In this document: positions 17,510 to 26,488 of the stretch, one piece after another | How the letters are laid out: the number at the start of each line of letters is the position of its first letter | How positions within the stretch are numbered: position 1 is the first letter of the stretch | Source of the DNA: a virus | IMG/VR virus record: IMGVR_UViG_3300022752_000021 | Length of the DNA stretch: 64,000 nucleotides | Strand: one strand, 5' to 3' | Position numbers and translations under genes: made by a program | The notes under the pieces: generated by a model | Databases searched by the model: none | What the model was told of the DNA's origin: nothing | Seen by the model: only the letters and a program-made list of their open reading frames with translations

Positions 17510-20500
17510 ATGTTCAATCCACCCGTCATAGTTCCGTCAAGTCTGATCAATCAGTTTACCACAACATCACAACCATACATGGTGGACGACAATGGTGTTT
17601 GGAGAGGAGTAACTGAGCCTCTAATAGCAGATAAATTGACAGAAAATGGTATACTGCCTGATATGATCGACGATATTGATCCTATTCACTATCCTCTTCG
17701 TACACCAGGTTTAAATAAAAATGTAATTTGCAGATGGCTAACACCATCATATCAGACTATTGGTGGAGAAAGAAACCCATCATATCTTGATGTTGGGGTT
17801 ATCGCGTTTCATCATAGTGGAATAGATAAGGTTGTTTTTTATCTCAATGGAATATCAAATCCAATAATAGTTACAGAAGTAACATATAATCCAGAGCAGG
17901 ATGTAAGTGCCTATTGGGTGCGTTTAGATTCCTCTTTGTTTCCGATTGATAGTGGTGATATAATTTCTAGAGGAGAAACGACCTCTGCTTTGCCAAAACC
18001 AACATCAATAGAAATAAAACCACACCATGAATTGCAAGCCGTGATATATCCAAAAAATGGAAAACCAAGAATACTTGTTGGAAAGCATAACAACAATAAA
18101 AATACTTTAGCATACAATGCAATATCTGAATATACAGATCCAGATACTGGTCTAATGGTGGGGACATCAGAAAATACTGGAATACGATCTTTCTATTTTT
18201 CGACAAACACATCAAATACATTATTCAATAAAGCCGTTTATGTTGATGCAACTTCAAATGGCATTGATGATATTTCTAGATCTGGTTCATCTGATCAGCC
18301 ATTTAAAACCATTGAATTTGCCATCAAGCGGCTGATGGCTTTTAAGCATAAACACTACAATCCATTTTCAACTACAGAAATTAAAACTATGGGAGATGTT
18401 GGTGGAGGGACAATATATCTCAAAGATCTTGGTGAAGGATCAGAATTATACAATGGTCACAAATGGGGAGCCATTTCTTGGACAGGATCCCCACAATATA
18501 AATCTTTTGCGAGAATGCGTTGGTTGACTATTGAGCGAGATCCAATGGTTGCTGATGGTAAACATGCCAAAATAAAAGGGTGTCATCTTCAAAGCACAGG
18601 GAAACTCACAAAAGAAAATATGGGCAAAGGTATTTGTGTCCAACTAATAAAACTAAACAATTGTGTCGTGGAGATGGACTGGCCCTGGTCGGAATATGCG
18701 TTTGGTATTGGTCCGGAACTAGATTATTCTCATATAAATCAAGGCGTTGCACCAGATGCTAATTTACAGAATAATTTTAAAATATGGAAGATTAAAAGAG
18801 GAACATCAAATTTCAACACCCCAACTATAAGTGCAACAGATCAAGAATTTCCAGTACTCTCATTTAATGAAACATCACTAAATTCATTTGAATATGATTC
18901 ATCACTTGAAATATTAGTGTCATCAGCATTGGGGTTTGTGCCACCATATCAATGGTTGAACCACACTGTAGTTGATGGTGGGGAAAGAAATAGGCATAAA
19001 ATATACGAATGGGCTAAAGCAAATGGAATGACCTATTCCACCACTATGGTACCAGTACCAGATTTTAAAACCAATCTTTCGGTTCAATTTTCAGAAAATA
19101 AGAAAGGTGTATTTGCTTCAGACGGTATCACGCCAATACCAAGTGGGTTGTCTCTCAGCAGTGTTCCAGCCATATTTGTAAAGGCTCAATCAGATATGGT
19201 TGGGTTCACAACATCTATGGGATATACATTTGAATTTCCGTGGACAGATCCAGAAGGGTCAAGCCCAAATGCCCAGATATGGAACAATACTGCTCTGTAT
19301 GCATTTATAACAAACTCGGTAATTAAGCATGTGCAAGAACCAGCAAAATTGGCGATTGATATCTTGGTTAATTCTACCATAGATCAATGGGAAGCAGACA
19401 TTATTAGAGCAAGTGGAGTTTATTATCAACTGTTTACCATAAACGGATTTAGAACTCACAACTATGTTAATGCTTCTGGTGCGCCCCTGTTTAGAATACA
19501 CTCAGATTTATTTCAAACGAATAGTGGCTATTATTCGTTCAAATCAAAAATTGCTGGTATAAACAATCTAATAATCCACAGATTCAATAACCCAAGCCCA
19601 AGAAGCAAAAGATATTACGATATAGATGCTAGACATGGAGTTTCTGGAGAAGGACCATTAGTTGATATAAGACAAGAAGGACAATGGTCTATTTCAGGAA
19701 GAATAATAAATGCGCTGTCAGACAGATTGCATAACTATTCTATAGCCGAAGGTGGAGATGGACTAACTTATGAATTTTTCGGAGGTAGATATGTTAGAGA
19801 TATAGTGTTTTCTGATTGCCTTTTGAAGACATCAGATGGATCTCAACAAATAGTTCTAACATGTCCACAGGAAAATGTTCTGTTTTATAACACACAGATT
19901 GTGTCTGGTGTATCAACTCGACCAATACCCAACAACAGTTTTCTTGGACAAAGCACCTTTGGGGGTAGCGTATATCGTTATAAAGATGCAGTTCCATCAG
20001 CACCATCTTTGAATTATCCAAGTGGAGGAAATAATTTAAATAATGATGATTGTCTACACTATGATCTAGTTGTTTTTGATAATGTTCAACAATACTGCAT
20101 GTCAGACATAGATGAAAGTCTTTTAGATCCTTATGAAAGGCAACTGATTATATTTGTTGGTGATGGAACATCAAATCCAAATAATTTGAAAAGTGTTAAT
20201 ATAGATTTTAGAGGTAGACCAGATGGTAGCAGACCGAAATACATGCGAGAGGCTAGAACTCTTCTTTCCGATTTGAATTATCCATTTGAAAGAGTGAATG
20301 GTCAGGCTGGACCAAACCAATCAGTAGGAACGAATGCAAATATATTCTTCCCCGTTCTAGCAACAGATAAAGATCATGCAATAGCAAATAATATTGGATT
20401 AGTTGAAAACCAACCAAATAGTACTACAAGAGGTATTTGGTATCAAAATACATTAGAGGGAGATTTTGTCGGGGCAAATTATGGGTGGATGCCATCAGCA

Positions 20501-22234
20501 ATAACTTATGAAAACTTCATTCTTCCGAAAAATCCAAGCACTGGAATAACTCTTTCTAAAACGAATGCAGAAATATTAAATCTAGATCCAAACAATCAAT
20601 TTTTAAATAAGCAAAAACTTGGTTGGCAAGAAAATCCTAATCAAAGAGGATTCAAAAACAATCTACAGTATAGATTCACAAACTTTGATTACGATGGTAC
20701 TAGATCTGAGTTTGGAGAAATTCTTCAGAGAAGTGCATTCGAAGAAGATCAAACAGGAACCATAACCAATCCACCACCTATTTCAAACCATCCCATCACT
20801 ATCAGCCTCACCACAACAGACATACAAAAAGACATCTCATGGGCAAGTAAAGACACGTTCAATGGTATAACTCACGGAAAAGATTCTTTCTACACCCAAA
20901 CACTACAGATACCAAACTACCTAGAAAGAATTGAAGACATCACGGATCCAGCAGATGATCCTGAAATTGGTCCTAGTAGAAGCAATGAAATATCAGGAAA
21001 CAGTGACATAACACCAAATCAAGGTGGTGTTTATGTTACGGGTGGATCGGTTGACATAACACTAAATACAACTATTGGTGCTGTAAACTCAATCGACGTA
21101 AAGAACCTTGCAACTAAATTTCAATCTGTAGTCAGAACTGCTAATGGAAATACCTTTGCAGTTATTCTTCATGGCAAGACTATACCAAACACGGAATTTG
21201 GTGAGTACAAATATGTTGCACCACAATCTATGTCAAGAGAAGAATGGGAGCAACTAGGTAGTCCACCCGATATAGATCCAGACGGGCTTCACTATCAAAA
21301 TTTCTACAAAGAGTTTGCGTACATTGCATTCAACAGTAAAGAATCACCAATAACCTCATCTATAACAAGCAATCAGATATCATTCCGTAAATCACCACAC
21401 CACACTTATATCAATTTTTCACAACCGGAAATGGACGGGCTTTCATTGTCAAGTGGTGCTACGGGTCTTTCTTATGTTGATCTTGTGACGGGATCGCCAT
21501 TTGTGGCAACAAAGATTACTAAACTACAAGCACTTCTCAAGGGTATAACTTGTAACATTAATTCTTATGGCGAATTTACAAGCGCAAGTAAAACAAATAC
21601 TGCGGGAACAAACCCACAAGTTATAACTTGTACAAATAAGACAAGAAAGTTTGTGGATTTGATAGAGAATGGAAACAAGATTGTTTTTCAGGGTATTCTT
21701 GCGAGCGGTAGTAGTTCCATTTTCAATTCAACTACTCCGAGATATGAACACAATGGTTCAATGGGATCGGTCAATGCAGCATATCAACAAAATCCACTCA
21801 ACCAAGCAACACCACACTATGTTATACCGCCACCAATAATTGATCAAGATGGCAATATCTCATCACCAATAACTATTCATTTCAGATTCCTAAACCCCAT
21901 ATCGTTTGGAAATAAGAATCTTCTTGCATATAAAGTTCCAGTCGGTGGAACAAGATTGTTTGGTGGAACATCAAATTTAGGAATCACTGCTGGTTCTTAT
22001 GTAAGAATAAGCAACTCTACATCAAATAATGGAATCTATCAAGTACTCTCTGTTGCTGATGGTATTGAAGGTGATACTGCTTCAAATACCAAGACGGGTG
22101 GTTCAACCGAATATCAATATCTTGAGTTGAGTAGAACAATAGTTCCCGAAGAACAGGCTGGTAGTAACAGTATAAAAATTGAAAATGTGTCTCATCTGCC
22201 TATACTACACATCAAGTATAGACAACCAGTATAA
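17510..22234 (+). CDS. Giant virion protein, putative beta-helix depolymerase/receptor-binding protein (paralog A)
   Basis: GVIAFHHSGIDKV, GSSDQPFKTIEFAI (DUF1565-like) and HSDLFQ motifs; C-terminal ~480 aa shared with paralog B. Confidence 0.55.
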   Translation: MFNPPVIVPSSLINQFTTTSQPYMVDDNGVWRGVTEPLIADKLTENGILPDMIDDIDPIHYPLRTPGLNKNVICRWLTPSYQTIGGERNPSYLDVGVIAFHHSGIDKVVFYLNGISNPIIVTEVTYNPEQDVSAYWVRLDSSLFPIDSGDIISRGETTSALPKPTSIEIKPHHELQAVIYPKNGKPRILVGKHNNNKNTLAYNAISEYTDPDTGLMVGTSENTGIRSFYFSTNTSNTLFNKAVYVDATSNGIDDISRSGSSDQPFKTIEFAIKRLMAFKHKHYNPFSTTEIKTMGDVGGGTIYLKDLGEGSELYNGHKWGAISWTGSPQYKSFARMRWLTIERDPMVADGKHAKIKGCHLQSTGKLTKENMGKGICVQLIKLNNCVVEMDWPWSEYAFGIGPELDYSHINQGVAPDANLQNNFKIWKIKRGTSNFNTPTISATDQEFPVLSFNETSLNSFEYDSSLEILVSSALGFVPPYQWLNHTVVDGGERNRHKIYEWAKANGMTYSTTMVPVPDFKTNLSVQFSENKKGVFASDGITPIPSGLSLSSVPAIFVKAQSDMVGFTTSMGYTFEFPWTDPEGSSPNAQIWNNTALYAFITNSVIKHVQEPAKLAIDILVNSTIDQWEADIIRASGVYYQLFTINGFRTHNYVNASGAPLFRIHSDLFQTNSGYYSFKSKIAGINNLIIHRFNNPSPRSKRYYDIDARHGVSGEGPLVDIRQEGQWSISGRIINALSDRLHNYSIAEGGDGLTYEFFGGRYVRDIVFSDCLLKTSDGSQQIVLTCPQENVLFYNTQIVSGVSTRPIPNNSFLGQSTFGGSVYRYKDAVPSAPSLNYPSGGNNLNNDDCLHYDLVVFDNVQQYCMSDIDESLLDPYERQLIIFVGDGTSNPNNLKSVNIDFRGRPDGSRPKYMREARTLLSDLNYPFERVNGQAGPNQSVGTNANIFFPVLATDKDHAIANNIGLVENQPNSTTRGIWYQNTLEGDFVGANYGWMPSAITYENFILPKNPSTGITLSKTNAEILNLDPNNQFLNKQKLGWQENPNQRGFKNNLQYRFTNFDYDGTRSEFGEILQRSAFEEDQTGTITNPPPISNHPITISLTTTDIQKDISWASKDTFNGITHGKDSFYTQTLQIPNYLERIEDITDPADDPEIGPSRSNEISGNSDITPNQGGVYVTGGSVDITLNTTIGAVNSIDVKNLATKFQSVVRTANGNTFAVILHGKTIPNTEFGEYKYVAPQSMSREEWEQLGSPPDIDPDGLHYQNFYKEFAYIAFNSKESPITSSITSNQISFRKSPHHTYINFSQPEMDGLSLSSGATGLSYVDLVTGSPFVATKITKLQALLKGITCNINSYGEFTSASKTNTAGTNPQVITCTNKTRKFVDLIENGNKIVFQGILASGSSSIFNSTTPRYEHNGSMGSVNAAYQQNPLNQATPHYVIPPPIIDQDGNISSPITIHFRFLNPISFGNKNLLAYKVPVGGTRLFGGTSNLGITAGSYVRISNSTSNNGIYQVLSVADGIEGDTASNTKTGGSTEYQYLELSRTIVPEEQAGSNSIKIENVSHLPILHIKYRQPV

Positions 22235-22241
22235 AGCAAAA
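20783..22241 (+). repeat. About 1.45-kb duplicated coding segment, copy 1
   Basis: Highly similar to 24146..25598; last 78 bp identical. Confidence 0.9.
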
Positions 22242-22252
22242 GGGCATAAATC

Positions 22253-22339
22253 ATGCAATTATTTTCACCACCAATTATTGAAGCGCATTCTAGCAGAAAC
22301 ACTTTCACAACAGTATCAAGTAAAAGAGATTGGGATTAA
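22253..22339 (+). CDS. 28-aa upstream ORF (MQLFSPPIIEAHSSRNTFTTVSSKRDWD), in frame with paralog B
   Basis: Ends in the 30-bp repeat; junction reads TAA-GAA-ATG; translation unproven. Confidence 0.35.
   Translation: MQLFSPPIIEAHSSRNTFTTVSSKRDWD
22310..22339 (+). repeat. 30-bp exact direct repeat, copy 2
   Basis: Identical to 17459..17488. Confidence 0.9.
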
Positions 22340-22342
22340 GAA

Positions 22343-25300
22343 ATGGCATTACCAAATATTCCGATTGGTCAAAATTTTGAATCTCTTATCAGTGCTTTTG
22401 AAGCAATAGGAGGATCGACTGCATCTGCAATCGCTCGTTGGGTTGATGTTCCGTTTCAAATGGCAGCAGGAAAGTTTGAAATAGGAGTAGTTGCTTTTCA
22501 TGCGGATGGAATTGATAAAGTAGAGTTTTCTGCCAACGGTGGTACTTTTATACCCGTAACAGAACCAACATTCAGTGAAAAGTTCAATCTACCTTGTTAT
22601 CGCGCGGAGATTGATCTCGACACAGTTGCAGAAGGGAAGCAGATAGAAATAAGAGCAGTTGTTACCCCCATACAGGGAATACCTCTTATTTTACAAAATT
22701 CGGAAGGACTCACGGGGTTCACGGCGAATACTGGAAAGCATTCATTTTATGTAACTCGTAGAACAAGCAATCCCCGTGAAATATTCGTAGCAAATAGTGG
22801 CTCTTCAACAAATAGTGGATTGACCACCGCATCTCCAAAACAAACTATTCTGCAAGCACTACAAACACTTCGTGGGTCAAATGCTGCACAGATTGGTGGT
22901 GATTTCATCACCATCACCGAACCAGGAATTTACACCATACCAAACGACAAAGGTTCTGCCTGTAGTAACTCAACTTGGACCACTATAAGAATATCGGATG
23001 GATTGACCACTGGCGATGTTTCTATTTCTGCCATTCCATTTGGAATGACTTCACCCGATGGATTTACTGGAGAGATTACTACTAATGATAGAGATGGTAG
23101 AGGAATAATAAGAACAAAGTGGACAAGACTTTGTTTTACAAACATGTTGTTTGATATGAAGAATTTGAACACTTATTATTTGTCTCCTGGTCAAAATCTT
23201 TGGTTTGATAAGTGTATTCTCAATGATAGCAATGGTCCTGGCAATCATTATCTTGATAGAACATATACTAGTAGACAACAACACCTACATAAAGGCTCGT
23301 TTGCAACCGATTCAATCGCAGCAAATCTGCCGTATGCATTTTGTGGAATATCTCTCGTTCGTGGGTGCCACACTGTTAAAATATTTGGAGATAACTATGC
23401 AAATAGCCCTTGTGTTCTTGCTTGCTCTATGCAAGATACACTTGGTTCTTTGACCGACAATCCACACAGTGACATATTTCAATATTTTGTTCCGCTTAGT
23501 AATGCTGTTGTCTATAAATTTCATGCGTGGAATGTAGAACACGAAACTCAAAATTTTTATTGGGATGATCTTCCAGCGGCTGGATTTTTTGATTCGGCAT
23601 GGGTGGATATTGTTATTCAAAATAATCACACCCTCAGCCCATCAGTTCCAAAATCTCAATTCAGCAACGAACATGATAATGTTTTATTTTTCAATATTAC
23701 TGCCCCAAACCAATACTGGACTTTACGAGATGATTGGTTAGATCCAGAAAAACAATTCCGTGTAGTCGGAAACAAGGTTATCATTAGAAACTGTGTGCTT
23801 GAGTATATTTCAAGAGGAGGCGCACAACCAGGTCTGCCACCAGGAGTTTCTGTTGAGTACACACATTTTTCAAATCCAAATTCAATAACAGAAATGGGTG
23901 TAGACACCCCTGGTCTTATTGAACCCACCAGTGGTAAAGTTTTAGTTTCTGTTTCAGATTCACCAACATCAGAGATGTGGGGTATTGTTGGGGATGGAGC
24001 AGCAGCAACGATAGCCAGCGGCATAGAGATCCCAAAACTAACATCACCAAACCCAAATAGAGGATTTGTATCAGAGGAAGGATTTGTAACTCCAGGATAT
24101 TTGCTTCTACCAAAAGTTACAAATATCTCAAATCCACAACCAACCTCTAATCACCCCATCACCATAAGTCTTACCACAACCGATATCAAAAAGGATATTA
24201 GTTGGGCAAGTAAAGACACGTCCAATGGTATAACTCATGGTGCAGATTCTTTCTACACCCAAACACTACAGATACCAAACTACCTAGAAAGAATTGAGGA
24301 TGTCACGGATCCAGCAGATGATCCTGATATTGGACCAAGTAGAAGCAATGAAATATCAGGAAATACTGCGGCAATACCAAATCAAGGTGGGGTTTACATT
24401 TCAGGCGGAACAGTTGATATAACATTGAATACAACTATCGGTGCTGTAAACTCAATCGACGTAAAGAACCTTGCAACAAAGTTCCAAACATCAGTTCGAA
24501 GTGCCAATGGAAATACCTTTGCAGTCATTCTTCATGGTAAATCTGTACCAAATCCATTTTTGGGTGAGTACAAATATGTTGCACCACAATCTATGTCAAG
24601 AGATGAGTGGGAAGAGTTGGGTCGCCCATCCAATGTAGATCCAGACGGAGTTCACTATGAAAATTTCTACAAAGAGTTTGCGTACATTGCATTCAACAGT
24701 AAAGAATCACCAATAACCTCATCTATAACAAGTAATCAAATATCATTCCGTAAATCACCACACCACACTTATATCAACTTCCCAAGATCGGAAATGGATG
24801 GCTTGTCCTTGTCCAATGGAGCAACTGGCTTATCGTATATTGATCTTGTAACAGGAACATCGTCCGTAGCAACGAAGATTGCTAAACTACAAGCACTTCC
24901 AACAGGAATAACATGCAATATAAATTCCTATAGTGGTGAGTTTACAAATGCTGGAAAAAGAAATGCAGCAGGAACAAATCCACCTTCAATCACATGCACA
25001 AATAAGCCAAGAAAATTCGTTGGAGTTGTAGAAAATGGAAACAAAATTGTAATACAGGGAATTGCTGCAAGTGGAAGTAATTCTATTTTCAGTGGTGTAA
25101 ACAGATACGAACATAATGGGGGAGTGGGATCAGTAAATCCAAATTATCAACTATTTACACTAGATGATCCAACCATTCCACACTATGCTCTTGCAGAACC
25201 ATCAATAGATCCACCAGGTCCACAAGAAACTATTCACTTCAGATTCCTAAATCCTGTATCGTTTGGAAATAAGAATCTTCTTGCGTATAAAGTTCCAGTC

Positions 25301-25591
25301 GGTGGAACAAGATTGTTTGGTGCTTCACCGAATATAGGAATCACTGCTGGTTCTTATGTAAGAATAAGTGGTTCTGCGTCGAACAGTGGAATCTATCAAG
25401 TACTCTCTGTTGCAGATGGTATTGAAGGTGATACTGCTTCAAATATCAAGACAAATGGATCGACCGAGTATCAGTATCTTGAACTAAGTAGAGGGATTAC
25501 ACCTGTAGAACAGGCTGTTGGTAACAGTATAAAAATTGAAAATGTGTCTCATCTGCCTATACTACACATCAAGTATAGACAACCAGTATAA
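22343..25591 (+). CDS. Giant virion protein, putative beta-helix depolymerase/receptor-binding protein (paralog B)
   Basis: AIARWVDVPFQ...GVVAFHADGIDKVEFSANGG, SGLTTASPKQTILQAL and HSDIFQ motifs; shared C-terminus. Confidence 0.55.
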   Translation: MALPNIPIGQNFESLISAFEAIGGSTASAIARWVDVPFQMAAGKFEIGVVAFHADGIDKVEFSANGGTFIPVTEPTFSEKFNLPCYRAEIDLDTVAEGKQIEIRAVVTPIQGIPLILQNSEGLTGFTANTGKHSFYVTRRTSNPREIFVANSGSSTNSGLTTASPKQTILQALQTLRGSNAAQIGGDFITITEPGIYTIPNDKGSACSNSTWTTIRISDGLTTGDVSISAIPFGMTSPDGFTGEITTNDRDGRGIIRTKWTRLCFTNMLFDMKNLNTYYLSPGQNLWFDKCILNDSNGPGNHYLDRTYTSRQQHLHKGSFATDSIAANLPYAFCGISLVRGCHTVKIFGDNYANSPCVLACSMQDTLGSLTDNPHSDIFQYFVPLSNAVVYKFHAWNVEHETQNFYWDDLPAAGFFDSAWVDIVIQNNHTLSPSVPKSQFSNEHDNVLFFNITAPNQYWTLRDDWLDPEKQFRVVGNKVIIRNCVLEYISRGGAQPGLPPGVSVEYTHFSNPNSITEMGVDTPGLIEPTSGKVLVSVSDSPTSEMWGIVGDGAAATIASGIEIPKLTSPNPNRGFVSEEGFVTPGYLLLPKVTNISNPQPTSNHPITISLTTTDIKKDISWASKDTSNGITHGADSFYTQTLQIPNYLERIEDVTDPADDPDIGPSRSNEISGNTAAIPNQGGVYISGGTVDITLNTTIGAVNSIDVKNLATKFQTSVRSANGNTFAVILHGKSVPNPFLGEYKYVAPQSMSRDEWEELGRPSNVDPDGVHYENFYKEFAYIAFNSKESPITSSITSNQISFRKSPHHTYINFPRSEMDGLSLSNGATGLSYIDLVTGTSSVATKIAKLQALPTGITCNINSYSGEFTNAGKRNAAGTNPPSITCTNKPRKFVGVVENGNKIVIQGIAASGSNSIFSGVNRYEHNGGVGSVNPNYQLFTLDDPTIPHYALAEPSIDPPGPQETIHFRFLNPVSFGNKNLLAYKVPVGGTRLFGASPNIGITAGSYVRISGSASNSGIYQVLSVADGIEGDTASNIKTNGSTEYQYLELSRGITPVEQAVGNSIKIENVSHLPILHIKYRQPV

Positions 25592-25598
25592 AGCAAAA
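24146..25598 (+). repeat. About 1.45-kb duplicated coding segment, copy 2
   Basis: Highly similar to 20783..22241. Confidence 0.9.
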
Positions 25599-25624
25599 CC
25601 CCCCGTGTGAAGAGCGGGGGGTTT
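25595..25624. terminator. Intrinsic terminator (bidirectional-type)
   Basis: AAAACCCCCCG-TGTGAAGAG-CGGGGGGTTT. Confidence 0.75.
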
Positions 25625-25669
25625 GCACATGTGGGTGTCAAATCATAACCCACTCGACAGTATTTATGG

Positions 25670-25701
25670 AAAGAAACAACCCCCGAGAAATCGGGGGTTG
25701 T
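25670..25701 (-). terminator. Intrinsic terminator after the PEP-CTERM-like gene
   Basis: ACAACCCCCGA-TTTC-TCGGGGGTTGT-TTCTTT on the minus strand. Confidence 0.75.
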
Positions 25702-25742
25702 CGGGCAAGAGATGCTATCTCAAGCGGGGTTGTTGTGTATAT

Positions 25743-26408
25743 TTAGCGACGGCGGCGACCGATCAGACCAGCCATACCAAGAAGAGCAATCGCTCCTGGA
25801 GTTGGTGCAGAAAGGACAAATGCTCCACCCGCTGTATTGCCGATGAATGTTGGAAGTTGTCGCCAATCTCCCCAATCATACTGACCATTATCGTCTGTGA
25901 ACCAGAAGTCTTGGACATTTTGACCTTGTGACCAAACAAATTGATCGCCAGCAGAATCGTTGAGGTAAGCACCAATGTTCATGTAATATGAACCAGCAGC
26001 GAGTTGAGTCACAAATGGTACATAAAATTCATAAACTGGTTCACCAAAGAAGTTGAATTCGCCTGTATCAACAACAGAAATGTTGCTGATGTTGATATTG
26101 GTTGAACTAACTGGCGAACTAAAGTCTGAATTCCACACAATGACTTGGAATCCAGTAATGTTTCCGATACCTTGACCATTGAAACCATTCGAAGAACCCC
26201 ACCACCTCAAAGAAGAAGTTGTGTATGAATCTTCAAGATCAAATCCTTGCGCTCCGCTTTGTGCATAAGTGTATGAACCACTCGACTTGTATGCATCAGA
26301 GTAGAAGCCAACCGTGTCAACTACTGGATTGTTCACGACGATGAAATCTGCACTTGCGACTGAGCCACACGACACGGCTGCTACCAAACCAACGATAAAG
26401 TTTCTCAT
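25743..26408 (-). CDS. Secreted protein with PEP-CTERM-like sorting signal (Phycisphaerae-type P[AT]PG variant)
   Basis: Signal peptide ending ASA-D; C-terminus APTPGAIALLGMAGLIGRRRR; AAGGAG SD. Confidence 0.85.
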   Translation of the reverse strand: MRNFIVGLVAAVSCGSVASADFIVVNNPVVDTVGFYSDAYKSSGSYTYAQSGAQGFDLEDSYTTSSLRWWGSSNGFNGQGIGNITGFQVIVWNSDFSSPVSSTNINISNISVVDTGEFNFFGEPVYEFYVPFVTQLAAGSYYMNIGAYLNDSAGDQFVWSQGQNVQDFWFTDDNGQYDWGDWRQLPTFIGNTAGGAFVLSAPTPGAIALLGMAGLIGRRRR

Positions 26409-26461
26409 TCTATCTCCTTTTTTTAGATATCACAGCAACCACCATGGTTCCTGATATGGAC

Positions 26462-26488
26462 ATTGTATCATATTTATGTCACTGTCAA
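26462..26488 (-). promoter_or_regulatory. Nested promoters: TTGACA-N15-TACAAT with a CATAAATA late motif inside the spacer
   Basis: Read directly upstream of the PEP-CTERM-like gene. Confidence 0.55.

Noticed and set aside
17459-22339. CRISPR array or att sites from the 30-bp repeat
   Set aside because: There are only two copies, 4.85 kb apart, with no spacer periodicity and no cas or integrase gene.
20783-25598. Diversity-generating retroelement template/variable repeat pair
   Set aside because: Both copies are coding and long, differences are not confined to adenines, and no reverse transcriptase is in the window.
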